DNA of 64,000 nucleotides from assembly GCF_020745735.1 (NCBI RefSeq), contig NC_083407.1, positions 106,630,748 to 106,694,747 of the forward strand, read 5' to 3'. A model generated the notes under the pieces. That model made no database searches. It worked only from the letters and a program-made list of their open reading frames with translations, and was not told the origin of the DNA. The stretch is from Hemiscyllium ocellatum (taxonomy: Eukaryota). Below are positions 51,721 through 64,000 of the stretch, piece by piece. Made by a program: the position numbers and the translations under genes. The number at the start of each line of letters is the position of its first letter. Position 1 is the first letter of the stretch.

Positions 51721-52898
51721 GCATTTCTCAAACAACAGCTTATATTTGTATATCACCTTGAATGTCACTGGAGCATTATAAAGTACTCCACAGAGCTAAC
51801 AAGGAAATGTGAGGCAAATGGCCGAAGGCTTGGTCAAAGACATGGATTCTGAGGAGCATCTTAACTGTGGGAGAAAAGTGAAAAGGCATAGACAAAAAAT
51901 TCTTGAGTTTGTGGTGAACAACTGAAAGCATGGTTACAAGTTCTAGAACAATGAAGAGTGGAAATGATCACGAAACTTCCTCTTTACCAATTTTTAGCCT
52001 TTCCAGCATGTCAACTGCCTCCTCTTTCACTATGTCTGTGCATCTGTCTGCATACTGATGCTACAATGCTTATTTAGCACCTCAATGTTGCTTTCTTCCT
52101 CCATGTCAGGATCCCCTTTGGGCCATCTTACTGGCTTCACCAGCACTCTGACTGCTCATTTGGTGTTTACAAGCACACAAGAACTAACTGTACACATGCT
52201 GCAGGGAAACAATGTCGCACCTCCTATCATAAGGACATTGGTCCTGAGTTTGCACAGAGTACATGTCTCATTCTGCACAACACTGACAGCGTTCATTCTA
52301 ATGCACAGTCAAAGTCTCATCAAAATCTAATGATTGCTGGTTGTAGCCCAACTCCAGACATCATCACAATTTCATCTGCCACTCCAAGAGAGTCCCAAGG
52401 GAAGTGCTATCTTTTAGTTTTGTTAAACAGCGCCCTTCAGCCCACTCAACTAGACAGAAAAGATCCCAAATCAGTCTGTCAATACATCTCCTGGAGTCCA
52501 GACCAGATATTAGCCTTGAATCGACGTCTCTACAATGGTTCAACTGGTCACAGTCTCACTGTTATTTGACAGACCATTACTGTGCACCAATTGATTGTAT
52601 GGCATCCACTACAATGTCTACATTTCAGAAGTTCTTTGTCCTTAAAGCACATACAAAGTACCTGCATGTATGTAATGTGGACCAAGGCAATTTAATCAAG
52701 GGTTAGATAATCAATCATGCTCTTTCATTGATATCTTTACAATAAATTGACCCAAGATGCTCTGTGCAATCCAAGATTCCTTCATTTTGTTCTATATTCA
52801 GCTAAGAGACTAGGTTTTGACTTCATGCACAGGGGTAGGAATTCTTCTTGGAGAAGAACTCATTTTTTAAAATGCACGAGACTGTCAAGTACTTGGTT

Positions 52899-53441
52899 AT
52901 GATTTGGAGATGCACGTGTCAGATTGTGGACATAGATACCACTATTACCCGTGGGAACACCTCCCACCTTGTACATGGGAGGTACTCATGTGACTCAGCC
53001 AATGTTGTCTATCTTATACATTGCAGGCAAGGATGCTCAGAGGCATGGTACATTGGGGAAATCGAGCAAAGGCTACGACAACTGATGAATGGGCACCGCA
53101 CAACAAACAGACAGGAGGGTTCCCTCCCAGTTGGGGAACACTTCAGTGGTCCAGGACATTCAGCCTCGGACCTTCGGGTGATCATCCTCCAAGGTGGACT
53201 TCGGGACAGGCAGCAGAGGAAAGTGGCCGAGCAGAGGGGCTGATAGCTAAGTTCGGTACCCATAGGGAGGGCCTCAACCGGAACCTTGGGTTCATGTCAC
53301 ATTACAGGTGATCACCATTGCACTACACACACACATATTCCTACACACACAGACACCCACACACACCCTTATAGACACCCACTCCCAAGCTCACACATGC
53401 ACCCCCTCGCAGACTTAAGACACTCTGCACCCACTATACAT

Positions 53442-53475
<34 letters not shown>

Positions 53476-53969
53476 AGGCACACATATATTTTGTGTGGTG
53501 AATTTGTATTGCATAGTTACATTGCACGTTGCTCAAAAACTGCATACATTCATGTAGAACTCTCAGCTCAAAAACTGCAGGAATTTATGTAAAACACTTA
53601 TCAGATTAGAATCAATCTAAACATCAGGTCCTAGACAGAGAACACAGGGGGCTAACACCTTCAACATATTGTCGAGCTATCACCATTGTTAACAGCTAAC
53701 CCGAGAATGCAACTTTAAAAAGAAGGGTTTTGTGATTTACACATGAAAGAAGTGAAGCTATCAGTGTATTCTAACAGATGAAAGGCTTCACAGACAATCA
53801 ATTTTTCAATGTACAATTTCAGATACATCACACCGCAAATTTTTGCTATAAATTCTGTCTTACGATCGAGCCCTCCACAATCACTTGATGAAGGAGTGTC
53901 ACTCCGAAAGCTAGTGTGCTTCCAATTGAACCTGTTGGACTATAACCTGGTGTTGTGTGATTTTTAACT
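52899..53969 (+). mobile_element. 5'-truncated Penelope-like element (family C) with GIY-YIG, (CA)n-rich 3' region and pLTR
   Basis: ORF 52848..53243 has SCDSANVVYLIHCRQGCSEAWYIGEIEQRLRQLMNGHR. Hammerhead-like cac-TTGATGA-a-GGAG..CTCC-GAAA-GCTA-gtg at 53882-53916. 12-bp TSD AAGTACTTGGTT at 52887-52898 and 53970-53981. Confidence 0.88.
53443..53472. repeat. (CA)n microsatellite
   Basis: Direct observation. Other simple repeats: (TG)n 208-223, (GA)n 7627-7670, poly-G 12270-12285, (CA)n 61113-61140. Confidence 0.9.
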
Positions 53970-54324
53970 AAGTACTTGGTTGATCTTTTAGCTTTTGCTG
54001 ACCATGTTTATGTAGTCTTGCAACTTCCGCTCAAATTATGGATTCTCCATTATAAGGTTGAGAGTATGGACATGAATTTGAAAATAAGCATATTTGCAAA
54101 GCAAAATATTGTGCACAGAACAGTACAGTCCCTTCAGCCCTCAATGTTGTGCCAACCTTTTATCCTACTCTAAGATCAGACTAACCTACATACCCTTCCT
54201 TTCACTATCTTCCATGTGCCTACCCAAGAGTCACAAATGCTGGAAATCTAAAGCAGAAATGTTCCAAACACTCAGGAGGGCAAGAACCACCATTCAGAAA
54301 GAATCCCCACCATTCAGCTCAGAG

Positions 54325-54972
54325 TCCACACAGACCTACACTACCCCTGCGTAATCCCACATTTTCCATGGCTAATCCATTTAGCTTGCACATTGCTGGG
54401 CACTATGGGCAATTTATCACTGGCCTGTCCACCTAACCTTACAAGGAAAGGCTGAGGGTCTTGAGGCTGTTTTTATTAGCGAGGAGGAGGTTGAGAGGAG
54501 ACTTAATAGAGACATAGAAGATAATAAGAGGGTTAGATAAGACAAACAGGGAGAGCCTTTTTCCAAGTACAGTGACGGTGAGCACGAGGGGAGGTTGCTT
54601 TAAATTGAGGGGTGATAGATATAGGACAGATATCAGAAGTAATTTCTTCACTCAGTAGTAAGGGTATGGAATGCTTTGCCTGCAATTGTAGCAGATTCGC
54701 CAAGTTTAAGTACATTTAAGTAGTCATTGGACAAGCATATGGACGTACGTGGATGGGCTTCAGATTGGTATGACAGGTCGCGCAACAACAAGGGCGAAGG
54801 GCCTGTACTGTAAATTTTGAAGTTCTATATCTTTAGACTATGGGAGGAAACGAACACACCTGGAGGAAACCCACGCAGACATGGGGAGAACGTGCAAACT
54901 CTACACAGTTGCTCTGGAATCAAAAGCAGGTCCCTGGTGCTCTAAGGAAGCGGTGCTAAACACCGAGCTGCC
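54325..54972 (-). mobile_element. V-SINE interrupted by a plus-strand CR1 3' fragment (54440-54830)
   Basis: The SINE consensus acctaacct|gcacatctttggac is split by a CR1 3' end (gaggttgagaggagacttaatagagacatagaagataataagagg). Confidence 0.72.
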
Positions 54973-55240
54973 CTGCATTTGAATGGCAGTTCCAATTCTA
55001 AGTGAAGAAACTTTAAGTGAATCTCGGATTCCCACAGGAATCAATGTTAAGTTCATTGGTACATGTTCCATCGGGTAAAAAGACAAGGTACAATTTCAAA
55101 TACTGTAACAAATATTTGCAATGCTGTGCATTCTGAATTAGACTGACTCACAAAATAAAGTGCATGAACAAAATAAAACACAAATACAACATATACTCTC
55201 AAAATGTTGTACCACCTGAAATGACCTAAGCATTTAGACA

Positions 55241-55464
55241 TGAGCTGAAAAATGTGTTGCTGGAAAAGCGCAGCAGGTCAGGCAGCATCCAAGGAACAGG
55301 AGATTCGACGTTTCAGGCTAAGCCCTTCTTCAACATTCCTGAAGAAGGGCTTATGCCCGAAACGTTGAATCTCCTGTTCCTTGGATGCTGCCTGACCTGT
55401 TGCGCTTTTCCAGCAATACATTTTCAGCTCTGATCTCCAGCATCTGCAGACCTCACTTTCTCCT
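55241..55464 (+). mobile_element. Mini fold-back PLE pLTR element (family B)
   Basis: Near-identical to 4625-4836 but with a different centre. 14-bp TSD TAAGCATTTAGACA at 55227-55240 and 55465-55478. Confidence 0.88.
55335..55370 (+). ncRNA. Minimal type I hammerhead ribozyme motif (family B)
   Basis: attc-CTGAAGA-a-GGGC-ttat-GCCC-GAAA-CGTT-gaat: intact core, 4-bp stem I, 4-bp stem II, ACGT palindrome. Confidence 0.82.
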
Positions 55465-56433
55465 TAAGCATTTAGACACACAGGTCTGTTGACTTCTGCA
55501 TCTTTCGTTGTCTTATGGTTTGCTATCAAAATGAATCATTTCCTACTCGGTGCATTAAATTTCATTTTCTACTTGTCTGTCTAATCTACCCATGCCCTTT
55601 AGAAGTTCAACATCATCCTCCTTAGACAGTTCACAACTTGTTGGGTTTTGGATCATTTGCGAATTTTGAAATTTTGCCAAGGATGAGATCATATATAAAC
55701 ATGGATACTCCAGAAAGAGCTGGGATCATAATACAAACCTCTGGTGAACTCCATAATAAACTTTCCGACAATCCAAAAGCATCCATTCAGTGAGCACCTT
55801 TCCAGCTCAGCCAATACTGGTTCCATATTGCTACTGTGTCTTGGATTCCATGATTTCCAACTTTGGTCTGTTGTGTGGCACTTGATTAAATTCTTTTGTG
55901 GAAATCCACGTACACCAATTAACAGCATTATCCTTATCGGCCTTCTGTGTCACCTCATGAAGGTCTCAAGAAAGCTAACTAATCAATCTTTTTCTTTAAT
56001 AAATCAAATTGGCTTTCCTCAATGACCCGGCAAGTAACCATGTATTTTGTCCCATATAATGGTTTTCAGAAACCTCCCCACCAAATGTTAATCATATCAG
56101 TTTGCAGAGGTCTACATCCTCAACAACAAAGACTCATAACATTATCAACTTTCCTCATCATCCACCCATTTGGTCTCGTAGATCTACAAGGAACATTTCT
56201 CATGTTTTCAGTAGTTCTCTGTCCTTTTGGTCATAGGGAGACCAGATTTATGCATATGAAGTCTTGTCAAGGAGATCGAAAGGTTATTCCTTATTCAAAA
56301 GGTGTGCGCAGCCAATCAAAGTCATAAGGGTTAGTTCAGTAGAAAAATGACAAATAGGCCTAAAAAGTCAAGTTATCAATTCCCAAACCAGGAGTCCCTC
56401 ATGTTGCTGAATGATTACCCAGATGGTACTCAC

Positions 56434-56542
56434 TCGGGACGAACAGCTGACCACTTGTCCCGCAACGTCCACGCAAACTGGCAAGGAGGCATACGTTCAT
56501 CTTCCTCTTCCTCCTCCTCGCTGTCCTCAGACCAGTCTAGCC
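56434..56542 (-). CDS. INO80D: INO80D coding exon (109 bp), most 5' exon in the window
   Basis: ctacag|GG CTA GAC TGG TCT GAG GAC...CGT CCC GA|gtgagt; (G)LDWSEDSEEEEEEDERMPPCQFAWTLRDKWSAVRP(D). The GLDWSE motif is typical of INO80D, and the phase-2 end fits exon 38817. Confidence 0.9.
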
Positions 56543-57174
56543 CTGTAGACAAGAAGAATGTCATCTCATTGAACCCAAGGCAGGACGCAAAGCATTATAC
56601 TGGAGACCCATGGAAAGGTTTTCCAAGTAATACTAAAAGGGACATGTGGGATAAACACCCAGTGTCGTGCAGGGAAAACCCTGAATTATTTAATAAAGAA
56701 TCAGAAGACAAAGTGTGAAGTTTAAGGAGTTTCTACACATGACCAGAAATCAAAACTCTTCCTTCTCCACTTACTAGAGCCTCAGGCTCATTTAACAGCA
56801 CAAACGGATCCCAATAGCAACTGCCCTCCTTGAATGACCAAGTCTGTCTGACCAAACATTCATTTCAAGAAACACTAGTGACATAAACAATTGCTTTCAC
56901 TGGCGCACAGTCTTGTCAGGATGTTGCCCCTTCAACACACAGAGCCCTCAAGTTACACCAACTTCAATAGACACACTGAGCCCTGCAGAGTCAGTCTTTT
57001 TTACTGCACTGACCCAGCGTCTGACCATCCTCACTAACACACTGACCGAGTGCACGTGTCTCCTTTCACACAGATCGCGGCTAGTTTAATAGATTCAAGA
57101 GATAATCTTCCATTATCACTGATCCTTGGATTTTGTAACCCTTTGATGCATACGTGAACCCACGTTGCTGTGGT

Positions 57175-57487
57175 CTTAGATTACTAGATTAGATTACTTA
57201 CAGCATGGAAACAGGCCCTTCGGCCCAACAAGTCCACAATGACCCTCCGAATAGCAACCCACCCAGACCCATTCCCCTACATTTACCCCTTCACCTAACA
57301 CTAGGGGCAATTTAGCTTGGCCAATTCACCTGACCTGCACATTTTTGGGCTGTTGGAGGAAACCGGAGCAGCCGGAGGAAACCCATGGGGAGAATGTGCA
57401 AACTCCACATAGAGTCGCCTAAGGCAGGAATTGAACCCGAGTCTCTGGCGCTGTGAGCCAGCAGTGATAACCACTGTGCCACCATGC
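57175..57487 (-). mobile_element. HE1-like V-SINE
   Basis: Reverse complement of the 25917 element, with an agatt-type repeat tail. Confidence 0.85.
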
Positions 57488-58104
57488 CTTTTATAGTTTT
57501 CGCAAAACCTCCTTACTTTTATACTCCATTTCCTTTGAAATAAAGGCCAACTCTTCATTTGTCTTTCCCTTTACTGAGTGAACGAATACACTAGCTTAAT
57601 ATGATTCATGTAATCCCATCCCCAAATCTCAGTTCTGCAATTTTCCCCCAGATAATATTCAACTCTTCTATTCATGCTGCCAAAGTATACAACCTCATTA
57701 TCCCACACACTCCAACTGTCAAGTTTCTGTCCACATAAGCTGTTTATATCCCAATGCAAACTTCATGTCATTCTGGCTACTTGTCCTCCCACCTATTTAT
57801 ACACTGAGAAACATTAACTTCAAAGACTTGAATACAGTGTAAATAATTGTGGCCTGAGGATTGATGCCTGTGGCACTCCATTAGTTACAACTTGTCATAT
57901 GGAAAATGCCCCCCTTATGCCAACTTGTTTATAGTAATTAGACAACACCCTATCCACGCAAATGTACAACCCCAGCACTATGGGTTCTTAACATATTAAA
58001 CAGCCTTGTGTACTTTAAAAAGTTGCCATCTCCTTTAACACATTGACCTCGACAGTCTGTCTCCTCTAACAGTGGTCTCAAGAGTTAGGACAGACAAACA
58101 TGGT

Positions 58105-58405
58105 CAAGATTAGTTTGCCTACAGTATGGAAACAGGCCCCTCGGCCCAACAAGTCCACACTGACCCTCCAAACAGTAACCCATCTAGGCACATTGTCCTA
58201 CATTTACCCTGCCTAATTAACACTATGGGCAATTGAGCATCGCCAATTCACCTGACTTGCACATCTTTGGATTGTGGGAGGAAACCCACACAGACACAGG
58301 GAGAATGTGTAAAACTCTACACAGACACTCGCTCAAGGCGGGAATCAAAGCCAGGCCCTTGGCACCAAGAGACTGCAGTGTTAACCCTTGAGCCACTGTG
58401 ACACC
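58105..58405 (-). mobile_element. HE1-like V-SINE
   Basis: Reverse-complement V-domain and tRNA head; interrupts CR1 debris. Confidence 0.82.
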
Positions 58406-58779
58406 CAACTGGTACTGTTATTCCATTTTGCCACTCAAGACTTCCCCACTTTTCAAGATATATCCCAATAACCCTCAATTCTCTTACACAGCAAGAGTCC
58501 ATCTATTAATGACCCTATCTCCACCACCTTCTGAGGCAGTGTGTTTCAAGAACACACTTTGGATAAGAAAATTTCCCAATGTGTGTCTTGAAACAATGAC
58601 CCCCAATTTTAAAACTATGCCCTCTAGTTCCAGGCTGCCCCACAAGAGGAACCATTCTTTCAACATCCACCTTAAGAGCAACCAAGATCTTCTGCACTTC
58701 AATCAAGACAGCCCAGTCTTTTAAACCCTTGTGGGGAAGAGCCCAATAGCTCCCACTTGCCGTTAGTCAGATGATTGGT

Positions 58780-59340
58780 CAGGATATAAACAATGGAAGA
58801 GAATGAGGAAAACCTTAAATCAGAAGAGCAGAGACTTCAGTATGGGAGGAAGAAGCTAGCTTGGAATGTAAAAATGCATTGCAAGAGTTTCTATAGCTAT
58901 GCTAAAAAAAGGGAGAGAGTAAGTGAAGTGAGTTTATTCCTTTTAGAGGGTGAGTTAATAGCAGATCATAGTCTGAAATGAGAATTTTTTTTACTTTTGT
59001 CTTCACTTTATAGACAATACAAAAAACATTCCACTAGTAGTTATAAAATGTGGAGGAGAGAGAAACAGTTGGACAAAATTACAATCATCTGGGAAGTGTC
59101 ACACAAACTGAGGCAACGCCTGGCTAACAGCACATTAATATGCAGGCACAGCACCTATTCAAAGAAACGATTTGAGAAGTTATACTTTGAGAGAATTGAA
59201 TGTGAAAGGAAGATGTTATGTTTCCAGTTATATAGAGCATTTGTGGGACCAGATTTTTAAAGAGTGTTTGCAGTTTTGATCTCCCTATTTAAGCAGGGAT
59301 ATAAATGCATTAGAGGCAGTTCAGAGAAGGTTTCCTAGCT
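58780..59340 (+). mobile_element. CR1-clade LINE fragments
   Basis: YGRKKLAWNVKMHCKSFYSYAKKR and MLCFQLYRAFVGPDF...ALEAVQRRF remnants. Confidence 0.7.
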
Positions 59341-60439
59341 TGCTAGCCCCATACCACCACAGGGTCCTCAGCAGACTTGCTCATTCACCACCGTCTCCTG
59401 AACAGACAATCTCTATGTTCTCCATTAGTCGTTAGTGCTGACATGGATCATGATCACTGGATCCACACCTTTCATTACAAATTGCCTTCCAGCACTGAGC
59501 AAATGACAGAACTGGGCAGATAACACAACTGTCTAAACTCTCACTGTTTGCTGCAGAGAACAATGTCAACCCCCCTGGTTATAATAACAATTACTAGTAC
59601 TATATTCCTTGTTGCATCCCACTAGAACAGTTTCCTGTACCATAGTGGCATTGCCAAGTTTGCACATCAATCCTGCAGTCCCCATCCCCTCAAAACAGGC
59701 GAAGCTCAAAATTGTTGGTCAGTTACAGAGGCTGACACTCTCACATTCTTGCCCTACAGTTCCAACATCAGCTTGACTCACAGAAAAACCCTCCTGTTCC
59801 TTGCACTGACTAAATCAGAAGACAGGTGTCACTGCCTCCTAGTATAAAGTATCCAGATATTTCCCCCTGATAGAGGTCACTGTCTGCCGTTCTGCCTCCA
59901 GCTCAAACTCTAAGCTGAAGGTAGTACAATTTCAAAGTCTTACCTCAGGTATCACAAAAGGTATCCAATAGCTCCCACTTGCCATTGCTTTGACATCACC
60001 TGAACTGCCATTTTAAATAAATTTGAGCAGTTGCATTATATTATTTCACTTAGTTATGTTGCCTTTGCACATTTTACTGAAATTATCATGAATTTGTATA
60101 CAACAATAACATTTAAGAACAGAAAAGATTTTAAACACTTACCGGAGACTCACCAAATAGCTCGCTCCTCTGTTAATAATACAGCAAAAACTGAGCTCAA
60201 TTAGCTCCAGTGAAGCGAACTGTCTCCGATTGCAAGCCACTACAGGGTGCTGACCTGGCCTGTTTCTTTGTCACTAGCTCCTCTAACAAAACAATGCCGA
60301 GAGTTGCTGTGGCCTTTTAACGGAGGGACTAACTTTTCTTTTACTGCACTGTCCCCTATGTCTCTCCGTTCATGACTGATCCAGAGAATCTCTCTATCAT
60401 TTAACATACTCACACCTGGCATCACCCTCTTCCCTTTAA

Positions 60440-60725
60440 CACACACCCAGCCCCCAGGCCAGGCACTGCTCTCTCCTCTGACATACCCCCATCCCGGGCT
60501 CTGCCCTCACCCTGCCCCAACCAACAGACCCCATCCTGGGCTCCACCCTCAATCCACAAACCCCAACCCTGGGCCAGACATCTACCCACACCCCACTCCT
60601 CAAACCGGCGCAACAACCCACAGACCCCCATCCTGGACAACCCCGCCCACCTCTCCCAAACATACACAGCCCCATTCCAGGCGCCGCTTCCTCCCCCAAC
60701 CTGCACACCACCCTCTCCCCTAACA
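60440..60725. repeat. C-rich degenerate tandem repeat
   Basis: Recurrent ca(c/t)a(g/t)acccccatcc-like units; no credible coding frame. Confidence 0.5.
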
Positions 60726-63700
60726 CATTGCCTCATGGACCAGTTGAACTGAAGAGTCTGTTTCCATGCTGTACATCTCTAATGACTGATGATGTTAGTG
60801 TATTCGTAGAACCAGTCTCCTTGAAAACTTGCCATGAGCCACTTGAGATTTTCTACTGCACACACAGGCATTGATCATACAGATCGATGTTTCACATGGA
60901 GAGCCTCGGTAGCCCTACGTTAGTACACTCCAAAGGAATTAACGCAGTAACTCTTTTACACAAGGACCTTTCCAAAAGTCTCCATTTAATTCAGACAGTT
61001 GTTCATGTGATCCTAATGATATTAAGTCAAATAGCTACTCAAAAGTTACACTATTAGATACAGAGCCCACACTTGCCCCTCACATCTGGAACTGCACCTC
61101 CCCCAGGCCCCAACACACACACACACACACACACACACACCCCTCCTATCCCACCCACAATACCAGGTCCTGATGCTACCATCCCTCTCCTCCACCTCTG
61201 AACCTGACCCAAATCCCTCCCCATCATTTCAACCCAATTATTCATCCTAGCTCACTGACATTGGCCCCTTGAATTACCGTCTCCTGAAACACTCACATTT
61301 GTCGTCTTTAACACATAGTACGTCATGGACAGTCTCCTTTAACGCTCACACACTGATCCTGCAAATTAAGGTTTTAGTTATCGTGACGACACAAGTATGA
61401 TCCTGCGTGATTTTAATCTATACTGGTGACAAAATTATTCCTTCCTTTAACACACACACACACACAGACCAGAGTCACTATTTGTTTTTCTAAGAACACA
61501 CTGACCCCTCGAGTCACTTTCTGCTGTTTTATTACTAGAATTGCACTTTTATTACAAACACACCCAGAAATACCTATCTGACTTGGAGACCTCAGCATGT
61601 TTAACATGCTATAAATTCTAACCCTGACTGGAATAGTGTATGGCTTATGTTTGATATGGGCACCTCTCTCATACTGTGTAGTTATTGACACTTAAGAATT
61701 GCAGTTGCCACCTCGTGACTACATTGTTCACAAAGTTTCTGTGCTGGTTACTGGTATATCCAGAAAACTTGCTACAAAACTATAGCATGAAGCCAAGTAG
61801 GCATCCAACATTCAAACACACACTAAGATCACTTAGACAGTAAAGTTACAAAAATAAACAGATGAATGTAGCGCCTTTGGTGATCTCACGATGCCTTAAG
61901 CTCTTTACAATCAATGAAATAGTTCTCAACGGTTATCACTGATGCAGAAACATAGCAGCTAATTTGCGCACAGCAAAATCCTAAAAACAGCAAATGGACA
62001 TGTTTTTTGGAAGCGATTTTGATTTGGGGACAATTATCAGCCAGGATATCAGGTAGATCGCCATTTCTTTGCTTCAACTCTCGCCTTGAGATTTTTTTTT
62101 GCTTTCAACTGAGAGGTCTCGATTTATCATCACATCTGCAAGGTTAGTATGGTCAAGGATTTCTTGCTCAAGTCAGTCACTGTTGACAAGTGTTTTACAT
62201 CCCACTGCTCATCCCAACATAGAGATCTCAATATTTGCTAGCGTTGGAGATAATATTTTCTTTTCAAATGATATTGCCTTCCAACTCAAAGTCGTCTTGA
62301 TTTTAGTTGTTAATTACTTTCAGTGGTATCGCAATATCAGACAGCATTTGGCCCATTGTGCTATTCCAGCTCTTCTTTTTGGAAAAGTTATCCATAGAGC
62401 CCTACTCCCAATTACTTTTCCCAACTCCTTTGCAATTCTCTTCCTTTCTTTAATTGCATATTCAGTTTCCGTTTGGAAAATGCTATCGGATTTGCTTCCA
62501 CTCTTCCACCTTTCAAGCCATGAATTATTTATGATTATTCGAGGTAGGAAATCTGAACAAAGAACCCATGGCGTAAACCACAACCCGAACCAGTTCTGCA
62601 TTTAGCATTTGTTATGAAGTGAATTCACACCAAATTGGCTTCATTAACAGCAAATGGGCAATGAGGGGAAAAGACGAGTTCAATGTGATTAGGCACAGCA
62701 AATAACAAAAGATTAGTTTCTTTGCCACCCTCACACCCCCTTCCCCCACAACATGGATCGCCTTGTTCATGGTCATCAAGGCAAAGCTTCCCTATAAAGG
62801 AGCTCAGATTTAACATGCTTTTAGCTTTTCTGAAAAAAAAGCAGCAACACTGATTACTGCCATTGTCATCACAAGTACGTAAGTGAGGAATGCAATACGC
62901 TGAAACGTCTGCCACTTATTACTTCTGCAAACAACGTCAGCTCTTTCAACACTTTCTCCAACTGCATCAGGACGGAAAGGTTCCATAGCACCCCACACCA
63001 CCTGAGGAAGTCCCAAATCATTTCACAGTCAATTCATACTTTCTTCTGCAACATCGTAGATGTAATGACTACTTCACACTATCATGTCTCATGGGCAGTG
63101 ATAGGCAAATCCTGAGTATTTTTGTCAGAAAAAACATGATAATATTTTTCATACATGCTTCTCAAGCACGATCTACCATTACATCATGATGCCTGTCCAT
63201 GTACAAACATTTACAGCACAGAAGAATGGCACTCAGCCCTTTGCATCTGGACCATCTTCTGCTTTGCACGTCGATATCAAAGTGCTTCCTCAAACTATGC
63301 AATGTTTTCTGTTCCAACCACACCCTGTGGAAAAGCATACACTACAACCCAATAGCTGTGCAAAAATAGGATTCCACCACAACGCTGCATCACAAAACAA
63401 ATGCAAGTCGTGTCAGAACAAAACACATGGTGGAGTAACAATCATACATAAAGTGCCACCCCGCAGCCATAACACTCTTAGACCATGCGGACTTGTTCTG
63501 GTCATTATTAACAGAATGAACAGGAAACACTATTCGTGTTATGCACCAACAATTCTGAAACAGCTTCAATACAAACTGTGGACAAATAGAAAGTGGGTTG
63601 TGGTGGAAAATGTCTATCTAGTTATCAGAAAAGAAATTATGACAAGTTAAAATGGGTGAGAAGATAAAAAAAGTGAAGAAAATAAAAATTAATGGAGAAG

Positions 63701-64000
63701 CACACTGAGTTGCTTCAACTTATCACCCATGTCTTGGCCATTCCAATGCTCTCACTGCCAGTCATACGACCATTCTCCATAAATCTAAGCAGACTCAAAA
63801 CTCTTCTTTGGCTGTCCTAACAGATACCAGCACCTGTTCACTAGCCACCTCAGCTTACAGATCTCCATTGGTTCCTCAATCAATGATGCCTCAACTTGAA
63901 AATTTTATCCTAGTTTAAACTTCCCTCCATGGTTTCATCCTTCCCCTCCTCTGAAATCACACCAAACCTTCTTGAAGTAACCAATGCTCATCTAATTCTG

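Noticed and set aside
56543-64000. Further INO80D 5' exons or promoter (including ORFs 62099..62605 and 63186..63650 and the C-rich 60440-60725 region)
   Set aside because: No INO80D-like translation or CpG island seen; the upstream exons must lie outside the window.
1-64000. CRISPR array or prokaryotic system
   Set aside because: Vertebrate intron-exon structure; no regularly spaced direct repeats or operon-like ORFs.

Overview
Eukaryotic genomic DNA, almost certainly from a shark or other elasmobranch (HE1/V-SINEs, Deu-domain SINEs, dense CR1 debris). The window holds the 3' ~70% of the INO80D gene on the minus strand. There are seven coding exons (56434-56542, 38593-38817, 33184-33293, 28424-28557, 24971-25182, 21403-21560, 17848-19046) that splice in frame to ~715 codons, and a probable ~11 kb TE-poor 3' UTR ending near an AATAAA at 6836-6841. 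The 5' exons lie beyond position 64000. The intron at 28558-33183 has textbook U12 (minor spliceosome) signals. Introns and the 3' flank are full of retroelement remnants. The most striking theme is at least three Penelope-like element (PLE) families carrying minimal hammerhead-ribozyme motifs. Many copies are asymmetric fold-backs (inverted arm + direct arm + ~33-nt unpaired tail) bounded by 12-16 bp target-site duplications. They range from a 1.39 kb copy with 644-bp arms encoding a GIY-YIG endonuclease down to ~210-bp mini-hairpins and a 69-bp tail-less arm. Also present are a duplicated homeobox/CTCF-motif-rich ~290-bp block downstream of the gene and an old ~250-bp inverted repeat. Nearly all short ORFs in the track are spurious. 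All calls were made by eye; no searches were run.
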